Assembly: GCA_963721455.1 (NCBI GenBank) | Contig: CAVRJG010000019.1 | Coordinates: 32,001 to 96,000, forward strand | DNA: 64,000 bases | Origin: an uncultured Methanosarcinaceae archaeon | GTDB taxonomy: Archaea; Halobacteriota; Methanosarcinia; Methanosarcinales; Methanosarcinaceae | Direction of reading: 5' to 3' | In this document: piece after piece, positions 21,624 to 31,136 of the stretch | Numbering within the stretch: position 1 is the stretch's first letter | Layout of the letters: the number at the start of each line of letters is the position of its first letter | Position numbers and translations under genes: made by a program | The notes under the pieces: generated by a model | Seen by the model: the letters and a program-made list of their open reading frames with translations, nothing else | Told to the model about the DNA's origin: nothing | Database searches by the model: none

Positions 21624-23099
21624 ATGAAAAATAATAATTATGTAGCTATTGATGTTTCTGAATGCTGTGGGTATCCAGTTCAACCGTATAATCCCCCTAA
21701 AGAATACCCTGAACTTTGCTCTTCAAGATTAATTGACCATGTAGATGTTAACAATCAAGTATATGATAAAGTAAGAAATATACTAAAGGATCTGAAGTTA
21801 GATAAGAGTAACATTAATACTGATACATGGAATCCATTCTCTGAATTTATTAGTGAAAATGATCATATTGTAATAAAGCCTAATTTGGTGGTAGATCATC
21901 ATCCATTAGGAGATGAAGGTATATTATGCACAATTACAAATGCCTCATTAATTAGACCAGTTATAGATTACATTCTTCTTGCAACAAAAGGAAAGTGTAA
22001 AATTACAATTTGTGATGCTCCCGTTCAAAGTGCCAATTGGGATAATTTAATTAATAAATCTGGATTAAGTTCATTGGTAAATTATTATTCTCAAAAGGGG
22101 ATAAACATTAATTTACTAGATTTAAGAATTGATATTTCTGTTTTAGAGGATGAAATTATTTCAAAACGAGTCTCTAAGGAGACCGATCCCTTAGGATATG
22201 CTTTTGTCGATTTGGGCATAAAAAGCGAACTTATGCCTGTAATCCAGTATCATAGAAAATTTAGGATAACAGACTACAAAAAAGAGGCGGTGTCAAAACA
22301 TCACAATCCTTCTAAAAATGAGTATTATATCTCAAAAACAGTATTAGATGCAGATGTTTTTATCAACCTTCCAAAAATTAAAACCCATCGAAAGGCTGGT
22401 ATTACATGTTCTCTTAAAAATTTAGTTGGTATTAATGGTGATAAAAAAGGAATTGCTCATCATAGAGCGGGTTGCATTAGCCATGGAGGAGATGAATATC
22501 CTAAATTTAAATTATTTTTGTGGTTAAAATGGAATGTGTGGAACACTCTTAAAAATCATAAATTGCTACTTCCTTTTGCCAAACTTACAAAGAAGATATA
22601 TTTGTCTTTACTGGGTAAATCATCATTAGCCGAATATTCATTAACAAGCAATGATCTAATGGAAGGGTCATGGCACGGAAATGATACGATTTGGAGATGT
22701 GTTCTAGACATTAATAAAATATTGCTCTACGCTGATAAAAACGGTGTAATGAATTCAAGCATTCAGAGAAATTACTTTTGTTTAGTGGATGGTATTATTT
22801 CTGCAGAAAATGAAGGACCTATGCAAGGATCCCCCAAGAAAACAGATATAATAATAGCTGGTTTTAATCCGGTTGCGATTGATAAAATTTGTTCTGATAT
22901 CATGGGATTTGATTACATGAAAATACCTCTAATAAGAGAAGGATTTAAGAATAGGACTTGGAATTTAGTCAATTTTCCCCCAAATGAAATAGAACAAAAT
23001 TTAAAACATCTCCCTAATTTTCATTTTCATCCTAGCAAAGGTTGGTATGGACACATTGAAAAAGATGAAGTAATTATTCGAGGCAATTCTAAAACTTAA
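21624..23099 (+). CDS. DUF362 domain protein
   Basis: IVIKPNLV, INLPKIKTHRKAGITCSLKNLVG, DGIISAENEGP, PVAID. Confidence 0.85.
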   Translation: MKNNNYVAIDVSECCGYPVQPYNPPKEYPELCSSRLIDHVDVNNQVYDKVRNILKDLKLDKSNINTDTWNPFSEFISENDHIVIKPNLVVDHHPLGDEGILCTITNASLIRPVIDYILLATKGKCKITICDAPVQSANWDNLINKSGLSSLVNYYSQKGININLLDLRIDISVLEDEIISKRVSKETDPLGYAFVDLGIKSELMPVIQYHRKFRITDYKKEAVSKHHNPSKNEYYISKTVLDADVFINLPKIKTHRKAGITCSLKNLVGINGDKKGIAHHRAGCISHGGDEYPKFKLFLWLKWNVWNTLKNHKLLLPFAKLTKKIYLSLLGKSSLAEYSLTSNDLMEGSWHGNDTIWRCVLDINKILLYADKNGVMNSSIQRNYFCLVDGIISAENEGPMQGSPKKTDIIIAGFNPVAIDKICSDIMGFDYMKIPLIREGFKNRTWNLVNFPPNEIEQNLKHLPNFHFHPSKGWYGHIEKDEVIIRGNSKT

Positions 23100-23225
23100 C
23101 TCTTGTCAACAGTAGTTAAGAATTCCCCATTTTCGGCAGTTTAAAATATCCCAATCCCAATCCTTGAGAAAAATTCGAGGATTGTGAATAATGCTGAAAA
23201 TGGAGGAATGTTTATTGATACGAGA
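23100..23225. repeat. Long imperfect palindrome (MITE-like)
   Basis: ATTCCCCATTTTCGGCA/TGCTGAAAATGGAGGAAT and CAATCCTTGA/TCGAGGATTG arms. Confidence 0.6.
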
Positions 23226-23314
23226 TGGACTTTTCATTTAAGTGTTTCAAAACATCAATCATATAACACTGGACGACCAAATCTTATGTATTATAAAAAA
23301 TGAATGGGTTGATT

Positions 23315-24508
23315 ATGAAGATTGGTTATTTTGTTTCAACTTTTCCGTATAGAAATCCCCTCACAGGTGAAAGCTTAATTAGTGAAGTTCAAAAAGATGG
23401 AGGGGTAGAAAAAGGGACATATAATTTAGCAATTAACATGGCTAAAAGAGGACATGAAGTTTTTATATTTACGACTTCTATTGATTCAACGAATTCTATT
23501 ATATCTTATGGGAATATCACAATATTTAGGTACAAAAAGAGCTTTATAATAGGTCAAGCCCCAATTTCTATTGATTTGATTTATAAACCACTATTTTCCA
23601 ATATTATCTTGGATATTGTACATGCTCGCATGGGGAATTTACCTGCGCCTCTCACTGCACTTTTATATGCTAAAAAAATGAAAAAAAAATTGATTGTTTC
23701 ATATCATGGTGACGGGGTAGGGGGCTTTGGAGGAATTAAACGAAGGATTGGTGTATTTTTGTTTAATAAGTGTCTTTGTGATGTATTACTTGATGCAGCG
23801 GATTCAGTGATTTCTCTATCTAAAAACCATGTAACAGAATCACGATTTCTGAAAAAATATTCAAAAAAATTAGTTTATATACCTAACGGAGTTAATTTTG
23901 GAGAATTTGACATTCCTTATTCCAAAGAAGAATGTCGTAATACATTAGGATTACCTGTTGATAGTAAAATTATCCTTTTTGTGGGTAGCCTAATTTCAAG
24001 GAAGGCTCCTGATGTTTTGCTAAAATCAATGAAAGAAGTACTGATTGATCGTTCAGATGCTCACCTTGTCTTTGTAGGAGATGGCCCATTAAGGAATGAA
24101 CTTGAAGATATAGCTGTAAACTTACAAATTCAGGATAATATTAAATTTGCAGGATACATTTCCGACTCAACTACAAAGGCACTATATTATAAAGCTGCAG
24201 ATTTATTTGTACTTCCTTCACTGGAAGGCGAGGCATTTCCAAACGTACTTTTAGAAGCATCTGTATGTGGTTTGCCTCTAGTAGTTAGTGGTTGTGAGTG
24301 CTTTAAAGCTATAGTTAAGGATGGATGTAATGGTTTATTGACAAAAACCGGTGATAAAAATGACCTTGCTGAGAAAGTTATTTTTTTATTGAATGATGAA
24401 AAAAGGCTGAGTAAAATGGGTTATAATGCATTTGATTTAGTAAAAAATCTTTCTTGGGAAAAGATAGCTCAAGATACTGAACAGTTTTATATTACTCTAA
24501 TTCGATAA
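23315..24508 (+). CDS. Glycosyltransferase family 4
   Basis: YIPNGVN, FVGSL..RK, LPSLEGEAFPNVLLEA. Confidence 0.92.
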   Translation: MKIGYFVSTFPYRNPLTGESLISEVQKDGGVEKGTYNLAINMAKRGHEVFIFTTSIDSTNSIISYGNITIFRYKKSFIIGQAPISIDLIYKPLFSNIILDIVHARMGNLPAPLTALLYAKKMKKKLIVSYHGDGVGGFGGIKRRIGVFLFNKCLCDVLLDAADSVISLSKNHVTESRFLKKYSKKLVYIPNGVNFGEFDIPYSKEECRNTLGLPVDSKIILFVGSLISRKAPDVLLKSMKEVLIDRSDAHLVFVGDGPLRNELEDIAVNLQIQDNIKFAGYISDSTTKALYYKAADLFVLPSLEGEAFPNVLLEASVCGLPLVVSGCECFKAIVKDGCNGLLTKTGDKNDLAEKVIFLLNDEKRLSKMGYNAFDLVKNLSWEKIAQDTEQFYITLIR

Positions 24509-24546
24509 CTTTTTATTGAAATTATATTATTATCAATGTGGTTTTT

Positions 24547-25719
24547 ATGAAGATGTTATATATTTCTTTTCCAGATATTAATGGTTCCACTGGTTCTTGT
24601 ACTCATGTGAGGGAAATATTGAGAAATTTATCCGTAAATAACTCTATAACTGTTGTTTCTCCTACAAAGTATCCTCCAAAGTTTGGGAATAATATAACTT
24701 TTAAGAGATGTGGATATATTGATATTGAATTTTTGAGGGCATTTACTTTTTCTATAAATGCTTTTTTTATTTGTTCTTTTTATTTACTTAGGAATAAGTG
24801 TGACCTTATTTATGAAAGAGATCATGCTTTTGGGACTGGTTGTAACCTCACTTTATTATTTGGAACTCCTGTAATTATGGAGGTAAACGGGATCTCTAAT
24901 GAAACTGGTCTTTTACCCAAGCCTATTGCTAAAATCATAAATTTGGTTTTACTTAACAGATACTCGATTGCAACACATATTATAACAGTTACACCTAAAC
25001 TAAAAGAATTCTTACAATTGAATTACAATTTACCGCCCGATAAAGTTTCGGTGGTTGAAAACGGTGCTAATATCGACCTTTTTAAGCCAATGGATAAAGA
25101 AAATGCATTGAAAAAATTGAATCTAGATTCTGAATTTAAATACGTTTGCTTTGTTGGGCATTTAGCTCCCTGGCAGGGGGTTGAGTATTTAATAAAATCG
25201 AGTCCATTTATATTGAGTAAATGCCCTAATACAAAATTTATAATTGTCGGAGACGGTCAGAAACTGGATGAATTAAAAAAACTTGTAGATACTTTGAACA
25301 TTTCCAGCAATTACTTGTTTACAGGATATGTCGATTACGAAACAGTCCCAGTTTATATCAATGCCAGTAATATTTGTGTCGCACCTTTTATTATTGAAAG
25401 AAATGACAGAATAGGTTTATCTGCGTTAAAAATATATGAATATCTCGCTTGCGGTAAACCTGTCGTTGCAAGTAAAATAAAAGGTATAGAAGAATTACTC
25501 TCTACTTCAAAAGGGGGTATTTCTGTAATTCCTGAGGATGTATGTGATTTAGGTAAAAATATAGTAAGATTATTACAAGACGACTCAGTGTGTAAACAAA
25601 TGGGAACTTACGGCTATAAATTTATTAGAGCTCATCATAGTTGGAAAATTGCTGCGGCAAATGTTGAACAGATTTCTTGTAAAGTTGTTAACAATTCCAA
25701 TAAAAATACCAGCTCGTAA
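24547..25719 (+). CDS. Glycosyltransferase family 4
   Basis: VENGANIDLF, LKIYEYLACGKPVVAS. Confidence 0.92.
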   Translation: MKMLYISFPDINGSTGSCTHVREILRNLSVNNSITVVSPTKYPPKFGNNITFKRCGYIDIEFLRAFTFSINAFFICSFYLLRNKCDLIYERDHAFGTGCNLTLLFGTPVIMEVNGISNETGLLPKPIAKIINLVLLNRYSIATHIITVTPKLKEFLQLNYNLPPDKVSVVENGANIDLFKPMDKENALKKLNLDSEFKYVCFVGHLAPWQGVEYLIKSSPFILSKCPNTKFIIVGDGQKLDELKKLVDTLNISSNYLFTGYVDYETVPVYINASNICVAPFIIERNDRIGLSALKIYEYLACGKPVVASKIKGIEELLSTSKGGISVIPEDVCDLGKNIVRLLQDDSVCKQMGTYGYKFIRAHHSWKIAAANVEQISCKVVNNSNKNTSS

Positions 25720-25749
25720 TTTTTATTATCAAATCGGGATTTGATTTAT

Positions 25750-27694
25750 ATGAGCGACAATTCTTACATTGAACGTTTTTTTAGGACATATCCTATTTTT
25801 CTTCTGCTAATCGTTCTTGGGGCACTTTCCCTGGTTTTCTTAATGAAGTTGCAAAGCATCTATTATTATACAATTATTTTATCAATTGTAGTAACAATCT
25901 CTGCTCTATTTGTTTTTTTTACAAAAAACTTGCCTATTAAATTAGATGAGATTCATATCCCTACATTAAATAAAAGTCTTTTAATAAAACTTTATTTTAT
26001 TATTTTCATCTGGTCAGTTTTATATTTAGTTTTAACTAGTGATAGATCTGAAATTTACATTTCGTTACTTTTATTATTATATCTAATTATGTTTGTTCAA
26101 ATATTTTCTCGCAATATATCTTCTTCAATAATACTCATCGAAATCGCCGCATCAATGCTCAATTTTATATATGGTGTTACTTTTGTATACCCTCTCTATT
26201 TTGGTAATACTGATATATTGCCTCATATTCGTCTTGCTGAAATTATTGCTGAATCTGGAAGATTACTTCCCGAATCAATGTTTCTCTATAGTAAATTTCC
26301 TCTGTATCACGTTTTAGTTGCCATAAGTGCTCATATTACTAATATGGATTTAATTGATTCTCTTTTTCTGGTTACTGCTCCTGTTTTTGTCATTGTGCTA
26401 TTGTTTGTATATATGCTATTTTATCTTGTTACAAACAATAAACAAATAAGCCTTTTAAGTTGTTTAGTTTACTCATGGAGTTCTGTGATCCTTTTCCACG
26501 GCACATATATGGTCACAAGAGTATTAGCGTTTGTATTTTTTATGATTTTATTTTACTTGTATTATAGGGTCAATAGCACTCATAGTGCTACCAAGTATAT
26601 ATTTCAAGTTCTTTATACTGCTATGTGTGCTTTCAATCGTATTATCTCATCAAGTATCATCTGCACAAATCTCTATTCTCCTTATTCTGTTCCTACTATG
26701 CGAATATTTAGGTCAAGACCTTGGGTATGTATCAGTTACATCTGTTTTATATTTCAATGTTTTTTTTATTAGTTACTGGATTTTTGAAGCTTATGACTTT
26801 ACATCACAAGTAATAGGTCCACGTTTAAGAAGTCTCATGACAACTGACCTTATTGTACAATATAATGCAAATTCTTTTTTTCAAAATGAAAACTTACTTT
26901 ATCTTTTACTTTCAAATTTAGATGTTTATATTTCTTTCATTTTTGCATTAATTGGAGTTAAATATCTGATATTAGATCAAAGAAGCAAATCTAAGGCTGC
27001 TTTTGGCCTCTTCTCTTTCGTATGTTTTATATTTTATTTCCCTTCACCTCTAAAGTTATTATGGAACACTATGAATTTGCTGCAGTTCGACAGGTTAACT
27101 TTATTTGTAGTTCCATTTATATCTCTATCTGTAGGTATAGGAATTTATATAGTTATCAAATATCTCTTTACCAATAGGTCAAAAAAATTATGTTACCTGG
27201 CTATTTTCTTAATTCCTTTACTTTTTAGTTTTTTTTCAATTACTAATAGCAATACAAATTCCAATTTTATGTCTGATGATGGTCCAAGAAGCTACTTTAT
27301 TCAACCAGAGATTTATGGATTTAATTATTTAGACACATATGCCTCTTCCGAATCTTATGTTTTCTCTGATTATTTTTCACAAAGATATCTTCGATCACTT
27401 ACTTCTAAGAACTATTTATGTTTTAATCATTTGAACTCTTCTGAAATTGACTCTACAAATTATAGTCGTAGTTATTTTTATATTAGGGATGAAGCTTTTG
27501 AAAAGGATGGTCTGTATTTTGGAATACCAAATACGAAAGAAATTTACAATTCCCATCAATCTGATTATCAGAATAATTCTCTGAATAATAACATGTTTAC
27601 AAAAAACAAAATATATTCTAACTCATATGCTAATTTATACCTTAACTTCAACGATTCAGACTACAAAGATCAGTCGATTGACATTCGATTCTGA
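25750..27694 (+). pseudogene. Polytopic membrane protein (Wzy/GT-C-like) split by a frameshift near 26600
   Basis: Two overlapping hydrophobic ORFs (25741-26772, 26585-27694); the TM pattern continues in the +1 frame. Confidence 0.7.
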
Positions 27695-28312
27695 CGAAAC
27701 AGAGACTTATGATGATGAGTTGTTTTAATTTTTATGGATTTCTTCAATTTTGAAAAAAATCATGAGAGTTCCATTTGAGAATAATCAGACAGAAAGAGAT
27801 ATCATATGATGAAACTACAACAGAAAACATCGGGAACTTTCAGAACAATTCAAGGAGCGGAAGCTTTCTGCAGAATTAGAGCATACATTTAACAATTAGA
27901 AAGAATAGTTTGCCTGTTATAGAGGGTATTCGAGCAACGTTCAAAGGAGCGCCGCTAACTATGCACTGAATGATAGTTTCTTTATCTTATCCCCAACTAC
28001 CGGGTTTTCAGGGATAAGTTCTCAGTTGTTAGTTGAGGCATTTCCAGGAATGGGGTCAGAAATAAAAGTACAGGAAGCCAGAGCAGCAGTTTCAGCTTTT
28101 TTCTATTTCTCCGGTTCTGGATGAAAGTGAAAGCGACTTTCAAGAAAATAAGCTCCTCAGAAAGCAAAATCCTGAATCTCCTTTTTCGATATTTTTGTCT
28201 GTTTCTCATCAGGTGTTGTTTCTCATGAGGCTTACGCTTTTCCCGGAGATTTGAATTCACCTATTATCTCTTTCATCTGTTTATCCGATTTCAGTATATA
28301 CAGATAATAGAT

Positions 28313-28589
28313 CCTACTTTCGGCAGGTCGACGTTTAATTTTTGATAATTTTACTGATGGCGATTTTGAAATAATGCTCCTTACTTGTGTGTAATTGATA
28401 GGTTTACATATGACCAATTATTAATTTCTCATACTAAACTTTAATGAAAAAATGATTTAGTATTTATATATGCTGTGGGAGTTGAGCCACCTGTTAACCA
28501 GCTTTAAACCTAATCTATAGTTAGTGAATGTTCAAAAACGGCATCAAGAAAAATATTCTAATTTTTAATGTCGACCTGCCGAAAGTAGG
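28313..28589. mobile_element. 277-bp MITE with a 15-bp target-site duplication
   Basis: IRs CCTACTTTCGGCAGGTCGAC/GTCGACCTGCCGAAAGTAGG; ATACAGATAATAGAT at 28298-28312 and 28590-28604. Confidence 0.88.
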
Positions 28590-28834
28590 ATACAGATAAT
28601 AGATGCAGATACCTACATTCGGCAGGTCGACATTAGATTTTGAGAATTTTTACTGATTGCGTTTTTCAAACATTATGTAAATATGTAGTGGGTTTGAAAC
28701 TGGTTAACATTTGACCCAAATCTCACTACATATATAAACAATGAACCATTTTTGCAATAATGTTCAGTATAAAGGATAATGTGTTTTCCAGCAAAAACGC
28801 TATCAATAAAAATATTACGAAAAAAACAAGTTAC

Positions 28835-30977
28835 GTCAAATAAGAAAGAGCGATTACTCGCTCTCCCTCTTCTAAGAACCGGACGTGCGCCTTTCGACGC
28901 ATCCGGCTCAAGCATTCTATAACCTTTTCTGTATCAGGCAGCAGTCTTTTTTTTTTCAAATAATTAATCAAATGGATTGACTTTTCCGGAAACTTAATTT
29001 ATTTGAACGTTCGTGAAAATAATCCGGATCAAGAAATGGATTCATTTGCAGCTTTAAAGGAATGTGTCTGTAGATTCTGGTTTTTGAAAGAAGCAGTAAC
29101 CCATTTCTCTCGGTTCTGAAATTCCATCTTCTTGAGGTGCTTCTTTTCCAATATTTGTTGACAATCCAATCTTTGGATTTGTTCGGATGTCTTCTTTTAG
29201 CCCATATCCATAGCAGCTCCCAGATTCTATGATCAAGGATCTGGAATACGTCCGAGGAGACCACTGAATTGTGATAATTGGTCCAACCTCTTATTATGGG
29301 GTTTAATTTGGTAATTAAGACTTCCTGAGACCATGCCATTCCTTTCGTTATGGTTTGACTGATTGTTTCAGTAAACCTTTTAATGGACTTCTTGGAAGGC
29401 TTGATCAGAAGCTTACCATTGTACTTGCGGAAATTCCAGCCGAGAAAATCAAAGCCCTCATTAATATTTGTGATCAGGGTTTTGTCATCAGATAGTTCAA
29501 GACCTCGTTCTTTGAGAAAAGCAGTAATTATGTCCCTAATTTCTCTGGCAGATTCTTCTGAATTAGCAGTGACTATGAAATCATCAGCATAACGGATGAA
29601 GTTAACCTTGGGAGACTTACTACCTCTTTTTGGGTATTTAGCCATAAGTAACTTCTCGATGCCGTCCAATGTCATATTTGCCAAAATGGGGGAGATTATC
29701 CCACCTTGTGGCGTACCTGCTTTTGTTGGATTCAGATGATGTTTGTAAATGAAACCTGCTTTAAGAAATTGAGTCAGTACTGATTTTTCTATAGGAATGT
29801 TAGTCAACAACCACTGATGATTTATATTATCGAAACATCCTTTGATATCGCCTTCTAAGATCCATTGGGCCGAGTTCTTCTTGCTTAAACACAAAAAGAT
29901 TTGCTGACATGCATCTTTGGTACTTCGGTGCTTTCGAAATCCAAAAGACCTCAGGTCAGACATTGTTTCAGCTATGGGTTCGAGAGCTAATGCATATAAA
30001 GATTGAATAGCTCTGTCATACATTGTAGGGATACCTAAGGGACGTTTCTTCTTCTTACCAGGCTTATTAATGAAGACTCGTTTCAGGGGTTTAGCTTTGT
30101 ATCTTTTACCAGTAGGACTAAGGACAGCTTTCATTTTGGAGCTTGAAGTTAGCCATTTTTCACCATCAATTCCAGATGTCCTTTTTCCTTTGTTTTGAGT
30201 AACTCTTCTTACTGCCAAGAGTTTGGCGAAATAGGAATGAGTTAGGAGATACTGCAATCTCTTGACATGGTTCCATTTGTTTTGCATTACTGCTTTTGTA
30301 ATTCGGGTTTGCAACTTATTAACACTCTTCTCTACTTGATTCCAGTCAATAGTTTTCCATCTCTGGAAGAGGGAAGCGTCTGTAAGCTTCTTATCCTGAG
30401 AGGATATCGTTGAAATACTTACATTCAGAAGTTTGCCTCCTTTCATACAATAGAACACCAAATAAGCAAGTCTGCACCCTTTCAGGCTAGGGCAAAGTTT
30501 GAACCCCTATCCATTCCATTACAGAATGACATTCGCTTTTTGCTTGAATCCTCTACCCTCTATGCAATTAATTCCCTTCACAGGGTCTCTACCTTTTTTT
30601 TTTAAAGGAGCATATAGGGTTTACCAAGTTCCATACCATGAATAATATGAATACCTTAGAAGCCATCTGTAAACCGAGAACCATTTGTCCATTTGCCATA
30701 ATGTCGGCAGATCCATTATGACCTGATTCTATACCTTTTGGTTTGAGCGTGTCAACCTGTTTTCGCTCATTCTGCTTCACGATTTTTACGATGGTTCACT
30801 TTACGTTCTTCATAGTATTCTTATCCTAACCAATTATCAAAGTCAGGCTCCTTGATTTCTTGATATTGTCTTGTGAGCTTCACACACAAACGTTGCCATT
30901 TATGCATGTCACAGTAGGATTACCTCAAATGGAAGAGGTAGCGTTTCCGCAATTCATAGCATAGCTTCTTGTCGCAC
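28835..30977 (-). mobile_element. Complete group II intron, about 2143 nt
   Basis: 5' GTGCG at 30977; domain V GAGCCGGATGCGTCGAAAGGCGCACGTCCGGTTC at 28876-28909; domain VI ending TTTGAC; RT ORF; EBS1 hairpin. Confidence 0.93.
28968..30446 (-). CDS. ltrA: Group II intron reverse transcriptase/maturase, no HNH domain (start uncertain)
   Basis: RPLGIPT, EGDIKGCFDNI, GTPQGGIISP, RYADD, FDFLG, NPIIRGWTNY. Confidence 0.95.
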   Translation of the reverse strand: MKGGKLLNVSISTISSQDKKLTDASLFQRWKTIDWNQVEKSVNKLQTRITKAVMQNKWNHVKRLQYLLTHSYFAKLLAVRRVTQNKGKRTSGIDGEKWLTSSSKMKAVLSPTGKRYKAKPLKRVFINKPGKKKKRPLGIPTMYDRAIQSLYALALEPIAETMSDLRSFGFRKHRSTKDACQQIFLCLSKKNSAQWILEGDIKGCFDNINHQWLLTNIPIEKSVLTQFLKAGFIYKHHLNPTKAGTPQGGIISPILANMTLDGIEKLLMAKYPKRGSKSPKVNFIRYADDFIVTANSEESAREIRDIITAFLKERGLELSDDKTLITNINEGFDFLGWNFRKYNGKLLIKPSKKSIKRFTETISQTITKGMAWSQEVLITKLNPIIRGWTNYHNSVVSSDVFQILDHRIWELLWIWAKRRHPNKSKDWIVNKYWKRSTSRRWNFRTERNGLLLLSKTRIYRHIPLKLQMNPFLDPDYFHERSNKLSFRKSQSI

Positions 30978-31136
30978 CTGCCGAAAGCAGGTTATAAGTG
31001 TTCCACTAACGTTTAGAAAGTGACTATAAATTACCCACTTAAAATAGCAAGGAGCCCTTTTCCATACGCCACTCTCGGCTTGAGCCCGCCTGTTTACCGG
31101 ATAAAAACGAAATCATCAGCCGCACTGGAAATTAAA

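Larger units (their letters stand above)
28612..30991. mobile_element. Second MITE copy with its right IR interrupted by the group II intron
   Basis: Left IR CCTACATTCGGCAGGTCGAC; removing 28835-30977 restores GTTAC|CTGCCGAAAGCAGG. Confidence 0.8.

Noticed and set aside
27960-28260. Minus-strand fragment with a signal-like stretch (KLLLWLPVLLFL...PENPVVGDKI)
   Set aside because: Probably a decayed secreted-protein gene, too broken to call
28298-28640. Repeats resembling a CRISPR or attC array
   Set aside because: Repeats are inverted pairs with a TSD, spaced more than 200 bp apart, with no cas or integrase gene; a MITE explains them
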